Positions 54,788 through 64,000 of a stretch of 64,000 nucleotides of DNA are shown here, piece by piece. Under the pieces are notes generated by a model. The model worked only from the letters and a program-made list of their open reading frames with translations, did not search any database and was not told where the DNA came from. How positions within the stretch are numbered: position 1 is the stretch's first letter; each line of letters starts with the position of its first letter. The position numbers were made by a program, and so were the translations under genes. The stretch spans positions 288,001 to 352,000 of the forward strand of contig CBDCTA010000022.1 of assembly GCA_965221955.1 (NCBI GenBank), read 5' to 3'. The DNA comes from Gammaproteobacteria bacterium (GTDB lineage Bacteria; Pseudomonadota; Gammaproteobacteria; UBA4575).

Positions 54788-56005
54788 TTAAGGGCTGGTA
54801 GCCGAATCGCCTACTTGGATTGAGCGCGTGGTTTCCATTACCAAGGCATAGCTTACTTTTTCAAAAGTTCGAAATACCATCGCGCGGCCCGCGGTTTCTT
54901 CTGGTAACTCAACATCAACGAGTGAGCCAGGTTTTTCAAATGGATCTGCCACTACACGGCCGGCTTGATTAATGTCTAGGACATGCCCTTTTTGAATACC
55001 ATTGCGTTCGCCAAGACTTAAGGTGATAACTTGGTAAGTACCTACTTGGCTAATGGCATCAAATAAAGAAATTACATGACCATGGGTATCTGCAGGTGCG
55101 GCTCGTGGTACAAATTCTGTATCAATTTCACCAAAATTAACTGGTAACAAACGATCACCACGTAAAGCTTCACGTTTGGTTTGAGTTAAATCAAATGTAG
55201 CAGGGTCATCAGAACGGATGACTTCACCGTCACCAACAATAATCGCTTCATAGCCGAGTAGTTCGTCACTAACGGGGTCATGTAAGGCTTCGCCTTTACG
55301 GAAAACAGTATATTGGCCTTGCGGGTCGCCATTAAATCCACGCGCATAAACGCGATCACCGGCACCGAAAGCTAAACGTTCTTCAATAGAACTTAAAATA
55401 TAAGGTGCAGTATCTAGCGTTTCTTCACTGACTACTCGTGGACGAATAATAAATTGCTGAATCGCAGGTATCGCAATGCCATAGGTTTGTGCATCGATGT
55501 CTTCAGCGCGGACTTTAGGGGAAAGTTTAGTGACTCTTGGGCCACCTCCAACGGTTAAATAAGGTTTACCACCAACGTAAAAGATGGAGATGACATCACC
55601 CGGATAAATTAAATGCGGGTTTTCTATTTGTGGGTTGAGATACCAAATTTCCGGCCAATACCAAGGTTGAACTAAAAAGCGATTCGACAAATCCCATAGG
55701 GTATCGCCAGGCACTACAGTGTATTGTTCAGGCGCTGAAGCTTTAAACTCAACATTGTGATGATCAGGAGAAACGGGCAGATCTTCTAAGCGTGGCTCGC
55801 TAGAAGTATCCAATGCTTGGGTTTCGGGGCCGTCGATTTCAACTGCAGGTTCACCTACTTCGATATCCGTATCACTGGCAGATGCATCATCCCCAACATC
55901 AGAGGTCGTGGTACAAGATGTAAGCAGCCCTGCCAACAACATGGCAGAAAAAATGCTAATTAACTGTGTAATGAATGTGCCGTGATGGTTGAATTTCCCC
56001 AGCAT
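54788..56005 (-). CDS. LysM-domain lipoprotein (TsaP-like, type IV pilus secretin-associated)
   Basis: Lipobox LLTSC, YTVVPGDTLWD...W..NPQIENPHLIYPGD LysM; conserved position between dprA and def. Confidence 0.88.
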   Translation of the reverse strand: MLGKFNHHGTFITQLISIFSAMLLAGLLTSCTTTSDVGDDASASDTDIEVGEPAVEIDGPETQALDTSSEPRLEDLPVSPDHHNVEFKASAPEQYTVVPGDTLWDLSNRFLVQPWYWPEIWYLNPQIENPHLIYPGDVISIFYVGGKPYLTVGGGPRVTKLSPKVRAEDIDAQTYGIAIPAIQQFIIRPRVVSEETLDTAPYILSSIEERLAFGAGDRVYARGFNGDPQGQYTVFRKGEALHDPVSDELLGYEAIIVGDGEVIRSDDPATFDLTQTKREALRGDRLLPVNFGEIDTEFVPRAAPADTHGHVISLFDAISQVGTYQVITLSLGERNGIQKGHVLDINQAGRVVADPFEKPGSLVDVELPEETAGRAMVFRTFEKVSYALVMETTRSIQVGDSATSP

Positions 56006-56172
56006 ATTGATCCTTATCCGTTGTTAAAGATGATTTTTTGCTAAACTAGTTGTCAATACTTTATATATTGAGGTATGCCCTTATTAAACCCAAGGTAATC
56101 CAGTAATGGCTACCTTATGAACACGGGCCGAAATGGCAATACTAAATTAATTTATAACTATTGTGTAACTTA

Positions 56173-56715
56173 ATGGCGCTTCTACAAATTTTACACTTTC
56201 CAGACCCTAGGTTGAGAAAAAAGGCTCTTCCAGTCGATGAGGTGAATGATCAGGTCCGACAGACGGTGGAGGACATGTTTGAGACTATGTATGACGCGCC
56301 TGGCATTGGCCTTGCGGCGACTCAGGTCAATATTCAGCAGCAAATTATCGTCCTTGATGTCTCAGAAGATCGGTCAGCTCCGATATGCCTTATCAACCCT
56401 GAGATCATTGCTAAAGAGGGTGAAGAAGAAATGCAGGAGGGGTGTTTGTCGGTTCCTGGGATTTTCGAGAATGTTAAGCGCTATGAAAACGTTACCGTAC
56501 GCGCTTTAGACAAAGATGGTGTTGAATACACTCGAGAAGCGGATGACTTATTGGCGGTGTGCATCCAGCATGAAATGGATCATTTAGAAGGTAAATTGTT
56601 TGTAGATTATTTGTCGCCACTTAAAATGCAACGCATTAAGAAAAAAATGCTTAAGCTAAAAAAACATGAAACTACTGAATCTGATGCAACACCTCAGTCT
56701 GCCAGTATCATTTAA
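56173..56715 (+). CDS. def: Peptide deformylase
   Basis: [21 protein letters not shown]. Confidence 0.98.
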   Translation: MALLQILHFPDPRLRKKALPVDEVNDQVRQTVEDMFETMYDAPGIGLAATQVNIQQQIIVLDVSEDRSAPICLINPEIIAKEGEEEMQEGCLSVPGIFENVKRYENVTVRALDKDGVEYTREADDLLAVCIQHEMDHLEGKLFVDYLSPLKMQRIKKKMLKLKKHETTESDATPQSASII

Positions 56716-56805
56716 GGATATGCTTTAGTTTATCGCTGTAATCCTCAGCTTTTGGCAGCAATGCCATACTTTCTATGTAACGCCACATGTTTATGATCTA
56801 TTTCG

Positions 56806-57778
56806 ATGAGTAAAGATCTAAACATCATTTTTGCAGGTACGCCAGAGTTTGCGGCAGCAGCATTGCAAGCTTGTATAACCAGTCCACACAATGTGGTTGC
56901 AGTGTATTGTCAACCTGATCGTCCAGCAGGCCGTGGTCGAAAAATTCAATACGGGCCAGTTAAGCGATTAGCCCTTGAAGCAGGTATTCCAGTTTTTCAA
57001 CCACAACGCTTAGAGCAAAAACAATTTGCTGAACTAAAAAAATTAAATGCTGATGTGATGTTAGTAAGTGCTTATGGTTTGTTGCTTCCCAAACAAGTTT
57101 TAAGAATTCCGAAGTTAGGCTGCATCAATATTCACGCATCATTGTTACCTAAGTGGCGTGGTGCAGCGCCGATTCAACGCGCAATTATTGCTGGTGACCC
57201 ACAAAGTGGCATCAGCATTATGCAGATGGTAGAGGAGCTTGATGCTGGCCCTGTACTGAAAACCTTTGCATGCGATATCCAAGCCAACGATACAGGCACG
57301 AAGTTTACATGACCGCCTCGCAAAAATAGCAGCGGATGAAATTGTTGGGGTACTAGAGAGTTTGCAAAAACAAGAGTTGGATGTAACTGAGCAAGACGAA
57401 ACCCAAGTGAGTTATGCACATAAACTGAGCAAACAAGAAGCGAATATTGATTGGCAACAAAGTGCCGTGGAGATTGAGCGTAAAATACGCGCATTTAATG
57501 CATGGCCCGTTGCGTATACTTATTTAGACGAGCAACGTTTGCGAGTTTGGCAAGCCGAAATATGCGCTCCAGTAGAAAATAAAGCACCTGGTCAAATTGT
57601 TACGGCTGATAAACAAGGCATTCAAGTTGCTACCGGTGCTGGCACAATTAACCTTATTTCTGTGCAACTTGCAGGTGGTAAAGTGATTCGTGCACAAGAC
57701 TTTATCAATGCGCATGATGTGCAGGGAAAATGTTTTTCTGCGAAACCTACTAAAAACCGAGTTAGAGCTTCGGCATGA
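56806..57778 (+). CDS. fmt: Methionyl-tRNA formyltransferase, split by a +1 frameshift near 57295-57302
   Basis: The first ORF has [33 protein letters not shown] and LDAG. The second continues SLHDRLA...YAHKLSK.EA.IDW...IRAFN.WP. Confidence 0.95.
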
Positions 57779-58341
57779 ATAGAATAGCTTTGAAATATAC
57801 AACGCTGTTTTTTCTGTTTTTGGTTGTGATGAGTGTTAATTTTGTACTGGCTAGAACCAGTGCTATCGAAGTGAATTATTTAAATATTACTGAGCTCGAT
57901 GATGAACTGCGTTTGGATGCGGAAATCGCATATGAATTAAATAGTGAAGTGAGAGAAGCATTAGTTAATGGAATCCCATTAGTATTTCAAGTTGAAGTGC
58001 AGGTTGTAAGCTTAAAAGAATGGCTTTTAGATAAAGTTGTTTCTTCTGTAGTGAAAACATACACGTTAAGATATCACGCGCTGAGTAAGCAGTATGTGTT
58101 AGAAAGTCATGAGACAGGTGATAGTGATAGTTTTCCAGATCTAGAGTCTGCGCTTATTCAACAAGGTAGAGTTTCAGCAATGTATATTGTTGAAACGCAG
58201 TTCTTAAAGGAGCAAGACAAACATAGCGTGTTGCTGCGTTCGCAGTTGTTAAGTAATAAATTACCTTTGCCATTAAGAATGAAAAGTTACTTTTCTCCTA
58301 AGTGGCGTCTTAATAGTGGGTGGCATGAATGGCCGCTATAG
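57775..58341 (+). CDS. DUF4390 family periplasmic protein
   Basis: Signal peptide, EAL.NGIPL.F, L.YHAL..QY, LPLPLR; usual gene upstream of ntrY-like kinases. Confidence 0.85.
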   Translation: MNRIALKYTTLFFLFLVVMSVNFVLARTSAIEVNYLNITELDDELRLDAEIAYELNSEVREALVNGIPLVFQVEVQVVSLKEWLLDKVVSSVVKTYTLRYHALSKQYVLESHETGDSDSFPDLESALIQQGRVSAMYIVETQFLKEQDKHSVLLRSQLLSNKLPLPLRMKSYFSPKWRLNSGWHEWPL

Positions 58342-60569
58342 AAAAACAAACTGTTCTGCGCATTTGGCCGATCATTTTGCTATTTGCATTATTGATGGGG
58401 TCTTTATACTTGCTAGCAGATGCCACTCGAAGCGAGACTAGTTTTGAGCAACTACATTATTGGTTGTTTCCCTTTAATGTTTTATTGCTGGCCATATTTT
58501 TAATTTTAATTGTTGTAAATATTGCTCGTTTAGGAATGCAGGTGGTAAAGCGTCAGCCAGGCTCACGTTTAACCCTGCGTTTATTACTCATGTTTGTATT
58601 ATTAGCAATGGTACCAGTGGGTATTGTATACACTTTTTCTATGTGGCTGATTCAAGAAGGAGTGGATAGTTGGTTTGATGCAGATGTTGAACAAGCCTTA
58701 CAGGATTCGGTTGATCTGAGTCGCTCATCTTTAGATTTACACATGCGCAAATTGCGGCAACAAACCGAACCAATGGTAAGGGAGCTTGCTCAAACTACAC
58801 CACTAGATGCACCTTTGGTGATTAATGACTTATTACGCCGTAGCGGTGCAGCAGAAATTGTTATTTTTAATCGCAGTAGTCGCATCATTGCATCGGGTGG
58901 AGAAGTCGGTGCGGAGGTATTACCACGTTTGCCTGGTGAAACGGTAATGCGTCTGGTCGGCCAAGGGCAAACTTATGTGGGGCTCGATCCGATTAAGGAT
59001 TCTGGTTTACATGTGAGGCTCGTGTTTCCAATGAGTCTTGGTCGCACCTCGACTGAAAAACGTATGGTACAGGTGTTGTATCCGATCTCAGATCGAATTA
59101 GTGATTTAGCACTGAGTGTTCAGGAAGGTTTTGGTAAATACAATGAATTGGTTTATTTGCGTACACCTTTAAAGCAAAATTTTGCACTCATTATCACATT
59201 GGTTTTATTGCTGGGTATTTTATTCGCGGTGTGGGCCGCTTTTTACTCTGCTCGTAGATTAGTTGAGCCGATTAAAGACCTCGCACAAGGTACCAAATCG
59301 GTAGCGGAGGGACAATATAATAAAAAAATTCCAGTTGAGCGTAATGATGATTTAGGCATGCTAGTCGCTTCATTTAATCAGATGACCGAGCGTTTATCTC
59401 TAGCACGTGATAAAGCAAAGTTAAGCCAACGTCTTATTGATAGTCAACGTAACTACTTACAAACGATCTTAGAAAATCTTTCTTCAGGTGTAATAAGTCT
59501 TGATCAACATCTAGTAATTAAAACGGCTAATGCAACGGCTTCACAAATTTTAAATATAGACATCAATGAATACATTGGCCGTGATGTGGCACAACTTTCC
59601 ATGGTCAATGAAAATTTAAAAAGTTTTTGTGACCAAATTGTACCGCTGATTCAAGGAAGAGATACACAATGGCAGACCGAAATAAAACTGTTTGGCGCAA
59701 ATCTTAATAAAACCTTAATGTGCCGTGGTGTGAAACTTCCAGATGATGCTGAGCAAACGGGAGGTTACACATTGGTGTTTGATGACATTACAGAGCTGAT
59801 CAGTGCGCAGCGTGATTCTGCGTGGGGAGAAGTTGCACGGAGATTAGCGCATGAAATTAAAAACCCACTAACACCGATTCAACTTTCGGCTGAACGTTTA
59901 CAACGTAAAATATTACCTGAGCTTAATGAACATGATGGTAGTATTTTAGATCGTGCAACGGCCACGATTGTTGAACAAGTGGAATCAATGAAAGAAATGG
60001 TAAATGATTTTGCCGATTATGCACGTGTGCCGCAAATTGAAAAAACTCCTTTGGATTTAAACAAATTAATTGCTGAAGTAGTCGAGTTATATCAAAACAA
60101 TGCACAAAATTATGCAGTGCATACTTCATTTGATGAATACCCGCCTTTAATTTTGGGCGATAGCACGCGGCTACGTCAGTTAATGCATAACTTAATCAAA
60201 AATGCGTTTGAAGCAATGCCGAGTAATGCAAAAGAGGATGATCCATTGCAGGTGCAAATCACCACACGCTGTTTTGAAATTAGTGGTGTGCCTTTTGTAA
60301 GTCTGGTAATAGTGGATGATGGCCCAGGCTTTCCTGAAGAAGTGCTTGAACGATTATTTGAGCCCTATGTCACTACTAAAAATACGGGTAACGGTTTAGG
60401 GCTAGCGATTGTGAAGAAGATTGTTGAAGAACATGGCGGTACTATACGTGCAGAGAACTCTCCAGATAAGGGAGCTCGTATTAAGATTCGTATACCATTG
60501 AGTGTTGCACAATTGAGCGGTACACAAAGTGGTGATATACCCGTGCGTAGCCAGGGAGATGCGGCATGA
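58329..60569 (+). CDS. ntrY: NtrY-like HAMP/PAS sensor histidine kinase
   Basis: AWGEVARRLAHEIKNPLTPIQLSAERL H-box, NLIKNA, DDGPG, FEPYVTTK, GLGLAIV. Confidence 0.88.
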   Translation: MAAIEKQTVLRIWPIILLFALLMGSLYLLADATRSETSFEQLHYWLFPFNVLLLAIFLILIVVNIARLGMQVVKRQPGSRLTLRLLLMFVLLAMVPVGIVYTFSMWLIQEGVDSWFDADVEQALQDSVDLSRSSLDLHMRKLRQQTEPMVRELAQTTPLDAPLVINDLLRRSGAAEIVIFNRSSRIIASGGEVGAEVLPRLPGETVMRLVGQGQTYVGLDPIKDSGLHVRLVFPMSLGRTSTEKRMVQVLYPISDRISDLALSVQEGFGKYNELVYLRTPLKQNFALIITLVLLLGILFAVWAAFYSARRLVEPIKDLAQGTKSVAEGQYNKKIPVERNDDLGMLVASFNQMTERLSLARDKAKLSQRLIDSQRNYLQTILENLSSGVISLDQHLVIKTANATASQILNIDINEYIGRDVAQLSMVNENLKSFCDQIVPLIQGRDTQWQTEIKLFGANLNKTLMCRGVKLPDDAEQTGGYTLVFDDITELISAQRDSAWGEVARRLAHEIKNPLTPIQLSAERLQRKILPELNEHDGSILDRATATIVEQVESMKEMVNDFADYARVPQIEKTPLDLNKLIAEVVELYQNNAQNYAVHTSFDEYPPLILGDSTRLRQLMHNLIKNAFEAMPSNAKEDDPLQVQITTRCFEISGVPFVSLVIVDDGPGFPEEVLERLFEPYVTTKNTGNGLGLAIVKKIVEEHGGTIRAENSPDKGARIKIRIPLSVAQLSGTQSGDIPVRSQGDAA

Positions 60570-61927
60570 GTCAAGAGAACATTTTAGTCGTAGATGATGA
60601 ACCAGATATTCGTAATTTGGTTCAAGAGATATTGGTTGATGAAGGTTACAAAGTAAGTGTAGCTGAAAATACTAAAGTGGCGCGAAAACATGCAAGCAGT
60701 AAACAACCTGATTTAGTACTACTCGATATTTGGATGCCTGGTGAAGATGGCATCAGTTTACTAAAAGATTGGCAAAATACAGGGAGCTTGCAGTGTCCAG
60801 TTGTGATGATGTCAGGACACGGCACGGTGGAAACTGCAGTAGAAGCTACTCGTCTTGGTGCATATGATTTTATTGAAAAGCCGCTTACGATGGCTAAATT
60901 ATTAGTTAGTGTTAAACGTGCGTTAGAAGCCGCAGAACAAGCTCAAGACTCCACTAAGCCTGATGAATTAGTTGAAGCACCCGTCGGTTCAAGCTTGCCT
61001 ATTCAGTCGTTGCGGGATCAAGCTAAAAAGTTGGCTGCACATGATAATGTTTTGTTTATTAAAGGCGAGGCAGGTGTAGGTAAAAAAACTTTTGCTAATT
61101 ATGTGCATTCACTCAGTGAAAGAAAAACTAAGCGCTTTGTTACCTTAAATGAAGATAACTTTAATTCACGCGAAGCTGCAAAACAGTTATTTGGCTCTGA
61201 AGAAGATGATGTTATCACGCCTGGAATTTTTGAACTATGTAAGGGCGGTACAGTATTTATTAGTGATGTGGCAAAAATCAATTCTCACGGACAAAAATTA
61301 CTGTTACATCTAATGCAGAGAAAACAGTTCAACCGTATTGATGGAGGCACCGCACAAAAATTTGACGCACGCATAATGGTTGCCACGCAATACAATCTAC
61401 AAGCTGAAGTTAAAGCAAATCGTTTTGACGATGAGTTATATTTTTTATTAAACGTCGTACCAGTACGCATTCCTGCGTTACGTGAACACTTACAAGATGT
61501 ACCCGAGCTGTTGCGTTATTACATCGATTTCTATTGTTCAAAAGATAACTACCCATACCGAAATTTTGCCATAGCTGCACAAAACCGTTTGTTGCATTAC
61601 ACTTGGCCTGGGAATGTTCGTGAACTAAAAAATTTAGTACAGAGATTGTTAATTTTAAGTTCTGCAGATGAGGTTTCAGCGGATGAAGTTGAGCAAGCTC
61701 TTGAAGAACAAAGCACGGAAAGTCAAAGCGATGCCGCTGGATATGAAAAATTATTTAAATTACCGCTTAGAGAAGCGCGTGAGTCTTTTGAGCGCAGCTA
61801 TTTTATGCACCAGCTAAAACAAGTCGATGGCAATATCAGTAAACTCTCGGAACGTGTTGGCTTGGAACGCACCCACCTATACCGCAAACTACGCGCTTTG
61901 GGGATTAATACCAAAGAACCGCAATAG
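60566..61927 (+). CDS. ntrX: NtrX-like response regulator (REC-AAA-Fis HTH)
   Basis: LLDIWMPG.DG, MMSGHGT.ETAV, WPGNVRELKN, ERTHLYRKL. Confidence 0.88.
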   Translation: MSQENILVVDDEPDIRNLVQEILVDEGYKVSVAENTKVARKHASSKQPDLVLLDIWMPGEDGISLLKDWQNTGSLQCPVVMMSGHGTVETAVEATRLGAYDFIEKPLTMAKLLVSVKRALEAAEQAQDSTKPDELVEAPVGSSLPIQSLRDQAKKLAAHDNVLFIKGEAGVGKKTFANYVHSLSERKTKRFVTLNEDNFNSREAAKQLFGSEEDDVITPGIFELCKGGTVFISDVAKINSHGQKLLLHLMQRKQFNRIDGGTAQKFDARIMVATQYNLQAEVKANRFDDELYFLLNVVPVRIPALREHLQDVPELLRYYIDFYCSKDNYPYRNFAIAAQNRLLHYTWPGNVRELKNLVQRLLILSSADEVSADEVEQALEEQSTESQSDAAGYEKLFKLPLREARESFERSYFMHQLKQVDGNISKLSERVGLERTHLYRKLRALGINTKEPQ

Positions 61928-62043
61928 CCATCTACCATTCATACACCTTAGTAGAAAAGGGCTTGCAAGTGCCTAGCAACACGCCTATTCTGCGCCGGCT
62001 TAATATGACTGGGCCTAAAACGCAGGTTTGGTAAATAAATGCT

Positions 62044-63417
62044 ATGAAAATCATAATCTTAGGTGCAGGTCAAGTAGGCGGATCATTAGCGCTAAGCTTG
62101 GCAAATGAGAACAACGATATCACTGTTGTGGATACTGATGCGCTAATTCTGCAAGACATTCAGGATCGCGCAGATTTACGTACCATTATTGGTGAGGCTT
62201 CGCATCCGTCCGTTCTCGCACAAGCGGGCGCTAAAGATGCAGATATGATTATTGCACTTACCAATAGCGACGAAACCAATATGGTGGCCTGCCAGGTCGC
62301 TTATACACTTTTTCATACACCCACCAAGATTGCACGAATTCGAGCCGTTGAATATCTCACTTATAGTGATCTATTTGTGCAAGAAGCCTTGCCGGTAGAT
62401 GTGTTAATCAGTCCTGAACATTTAATCTCACAATACATTCAACGCTTAATCGAACATCCGGGTTCATTGCAAGTTCTAGATTTTGCCAATGGCCAAATTA
62501 AATTGTTAGCCATGCGCGCCGAAGCAGGTGGTCCTTTGATAGGTAAACGTTTGGATGATATTTGGGAGGCGATGCCTGAAACGGAAGCTAATGTAGTTGC
62601 GGTTTATCGCAATAATGACTCTATTACATTAAATGCTGACACCATTATCGAAGCAGAAGATGAAGTATTTTTTCTGGCGTCTTCTGCAAATGCGGTTGCA
62701 ATGACCACGCAACTGCGTGGTGCGGATAAGCCATATAAACGTGTATTGATTGCAGGTGGTGGTAATATTGGTTTGCACCTTGCTAAGTCACTAGAAAGTA
62801 AATATCAAGTTAAAATAATTGAGCGCTCTCCTGAGCGCGCAAATTATTTGTCTGAATCTCTTGATAAAACGATTGTTTTACAAGGTGATGCAGCGGATCA
62901 AGACATGCTGCTAGAAGAGAATATTGAAAACATGGATGTGTTTTGTGCGCTTACTAATGATGATGAGGCAAATATTCTTTCTGCAATGTTAACAAAGCGC
63001 TTAGGTGCGAATAAAGTCATGTCGCTGATTAATCGCCCTAGCTATGTAGATTTAGTAGAAAGCGGCATGATCGACATCGCGATTTCTCCACAGCAAGTTA
63101 CTTTAGGCACATTGTTGGCGCATGTGCGTAAAGGCGACATTGTTGCGGTACATTCTTTACGTCGTGGTGCCGCAGAGGCCATCGAAGCGGTAGCACATGG
63201 CGATAAAAAGACTTCTAAAGTGGTAGGGCGTAATATAGAGCAAATTAGTCTTCCAAGTGGTGCGACCATAGGTGCAATTGCGAGAGGTGAGGAGGTCATG
63301 ATGGCACAAGCTGATATCACGATTGAATCAGAAGACCATGTCATTATCTTTTTAGCGGATAAGACAGCGGTTAAAGATATAGAGAAATTGTTCCAAGTTT
63401 CTGCAACCTTTATATAA
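62044..63417 (+). CDS. trkA: Trk potassium uptake NAD-binding subunit
   Basis: MKIIILGAGQVG, second GGGNIG RCK domain, SLRRGAAEAIE. Confidence 0.98.
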   Translation: MKIIILGAGQVGGSLALSLANENNDITVVDTDALILQDIQDRADLRTIIGEASHPSVLAQAGAKDADMIIALTNSDETNMVACQVAYTLFHTPTKIARIRAVEYLTYSDLFVQEALPVDVLISPEHLISQYIQRLIEHPGSLQVLDFANGQIKLLAMRAEAGGPLIGKRLDDIWEAMPETEANVVAVYRNNDSITLNADTIIEAEDEVFFLASSANAVAMTTQLRGADKPYKRVLIAGGGNIGLHLAKSLESKYQVKIIERSPERANYLSESLDKTIVLQGDAADQDMLLEENIENMDVFCALTNDDEANILSAMLTKRLGANKVMSLINRPSYVDLVESGMIDIAISPQQVTLGTLLAHVRKGDIVAVHSLRRGAAEAIEAVAHGDKKTSKVVGRNIEQISLPSGATIGAIARGEEVMMAQADITIESEDHVIIFLADKTAVKDIEKLFQVSATFI

Positions 63418-63500
63418 CTTTGGTTAATCTTCATCGCGGTTTAAAACGCAGTATTCGTTAAATATTTTTTAATATTTACAAACCAGCCATCTTTTAATTC

Positions 63501-64000
63501 ATGCAAAGACAAGTCATTCAGCGTGTACTAGGAATTTTGTTAGCGTGGTTTAGCGTTACCATGCTGCCACCTATTTTGGTAGACCAGCTTTACGCAGAAC
63601 AAGCCTATTTCCCATTTGTAATGGCATTTGTGATTACTTTGGTTACAGGTTTGTTGATGTGGTACCCAGTTCGTCATCACCGGGATGACCTTCGTTTACG
63701 AGATGGATTTTTAATTGTTGTATTGTTTTGGACAGTATTGGGTATTTTTGGCTCTCTACCACTACTATTAAGTAACTCGCTCTCTATAGGTGTTACAGAT
63801 GCGATCTTCGAATCCGTTTCAGGGTTAACTACTACGGGCGCAACGGTAGTCATTAATTTAGATGATTTACCAAAATCAATTTTGTTTTACAGGCAATCAC
63901 TGCAATGGTTAGGAGGTATGGGGATAATTGTATTAGCTGTTGCTATTCTTCCTATGCTGGGTGTCGGCGGTATGCAGCTTTATCGCGCGGAAACACCTGG
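63501..64000 (+). CDS. trkH: Trk potassium uptake membrane subunit (partial, runs off the window)
   Basis: Manual translation [11 protein letters not shown]...[11 protein letters not shown]...[13 protein letters not shown]...[31 protein letters not shown]. Confidence 0.97.
   Translation, partial: MQRQVIQRVLGILLAWFSVTMLPPILVDQLYAEQAYFPFVMAFVITLVTGLLMWYPVRHHRDDLRLRDGFLIVVLFWTVLGIFGSLPLLLSNSLSIGVTDAIFESVSGLTTTGATVVINLDDLPKSILFYRQSLQWLGGMGIIVLAVAILPMLGVGGMQLYRAETP

Overview
Origin-of-replication region of an AT-rich gammaproteobacterial chromosome. It is almost all conserved housekeeping genes: glmS-glmU, the atp operon, parAB, rsmG-mnmG-mnmE, yidC-yidD-rnpA-rpmH, dnaA-dnaN-recF-gyrB, then lemA, xth, ampG, pyrE, argB, pmm, dut, coaBC, radC, mscL, bioFB, comF, ubiA, aroE, hemB, hemF, tsaC, topA, dprA, def-fmt, ntrYX-like and trkAH. 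oriC most likely lies between dnaA and dnaN (DnaA boxes plus DnaA-trios), and two parS sites sit inside recF. atpD and fmt each carry a single +1 frameshift, probably an assembly error. The main finding is a family of ~30-bp sites: two 10-bp inverted arms (consensus AATGWCYGCT ... AGCGGACATT) around an asymmetric 10-bp core (WWYGRHCSAA). There are five clear copies and one partial copy. They occur only at the borders of small accessory genes, in two mini-arrays (31.6-32.8 kb and 49.0-49.4 kb), and always in the same polarity relative to those genes. This looks like a gene-cassette system distinct from integron attC, Xer dif/pdif and REP. No recombinase is present in the window, so the mechanism is inferred. 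No rRNA, tRNA, CRISPR array or transposase was seen.
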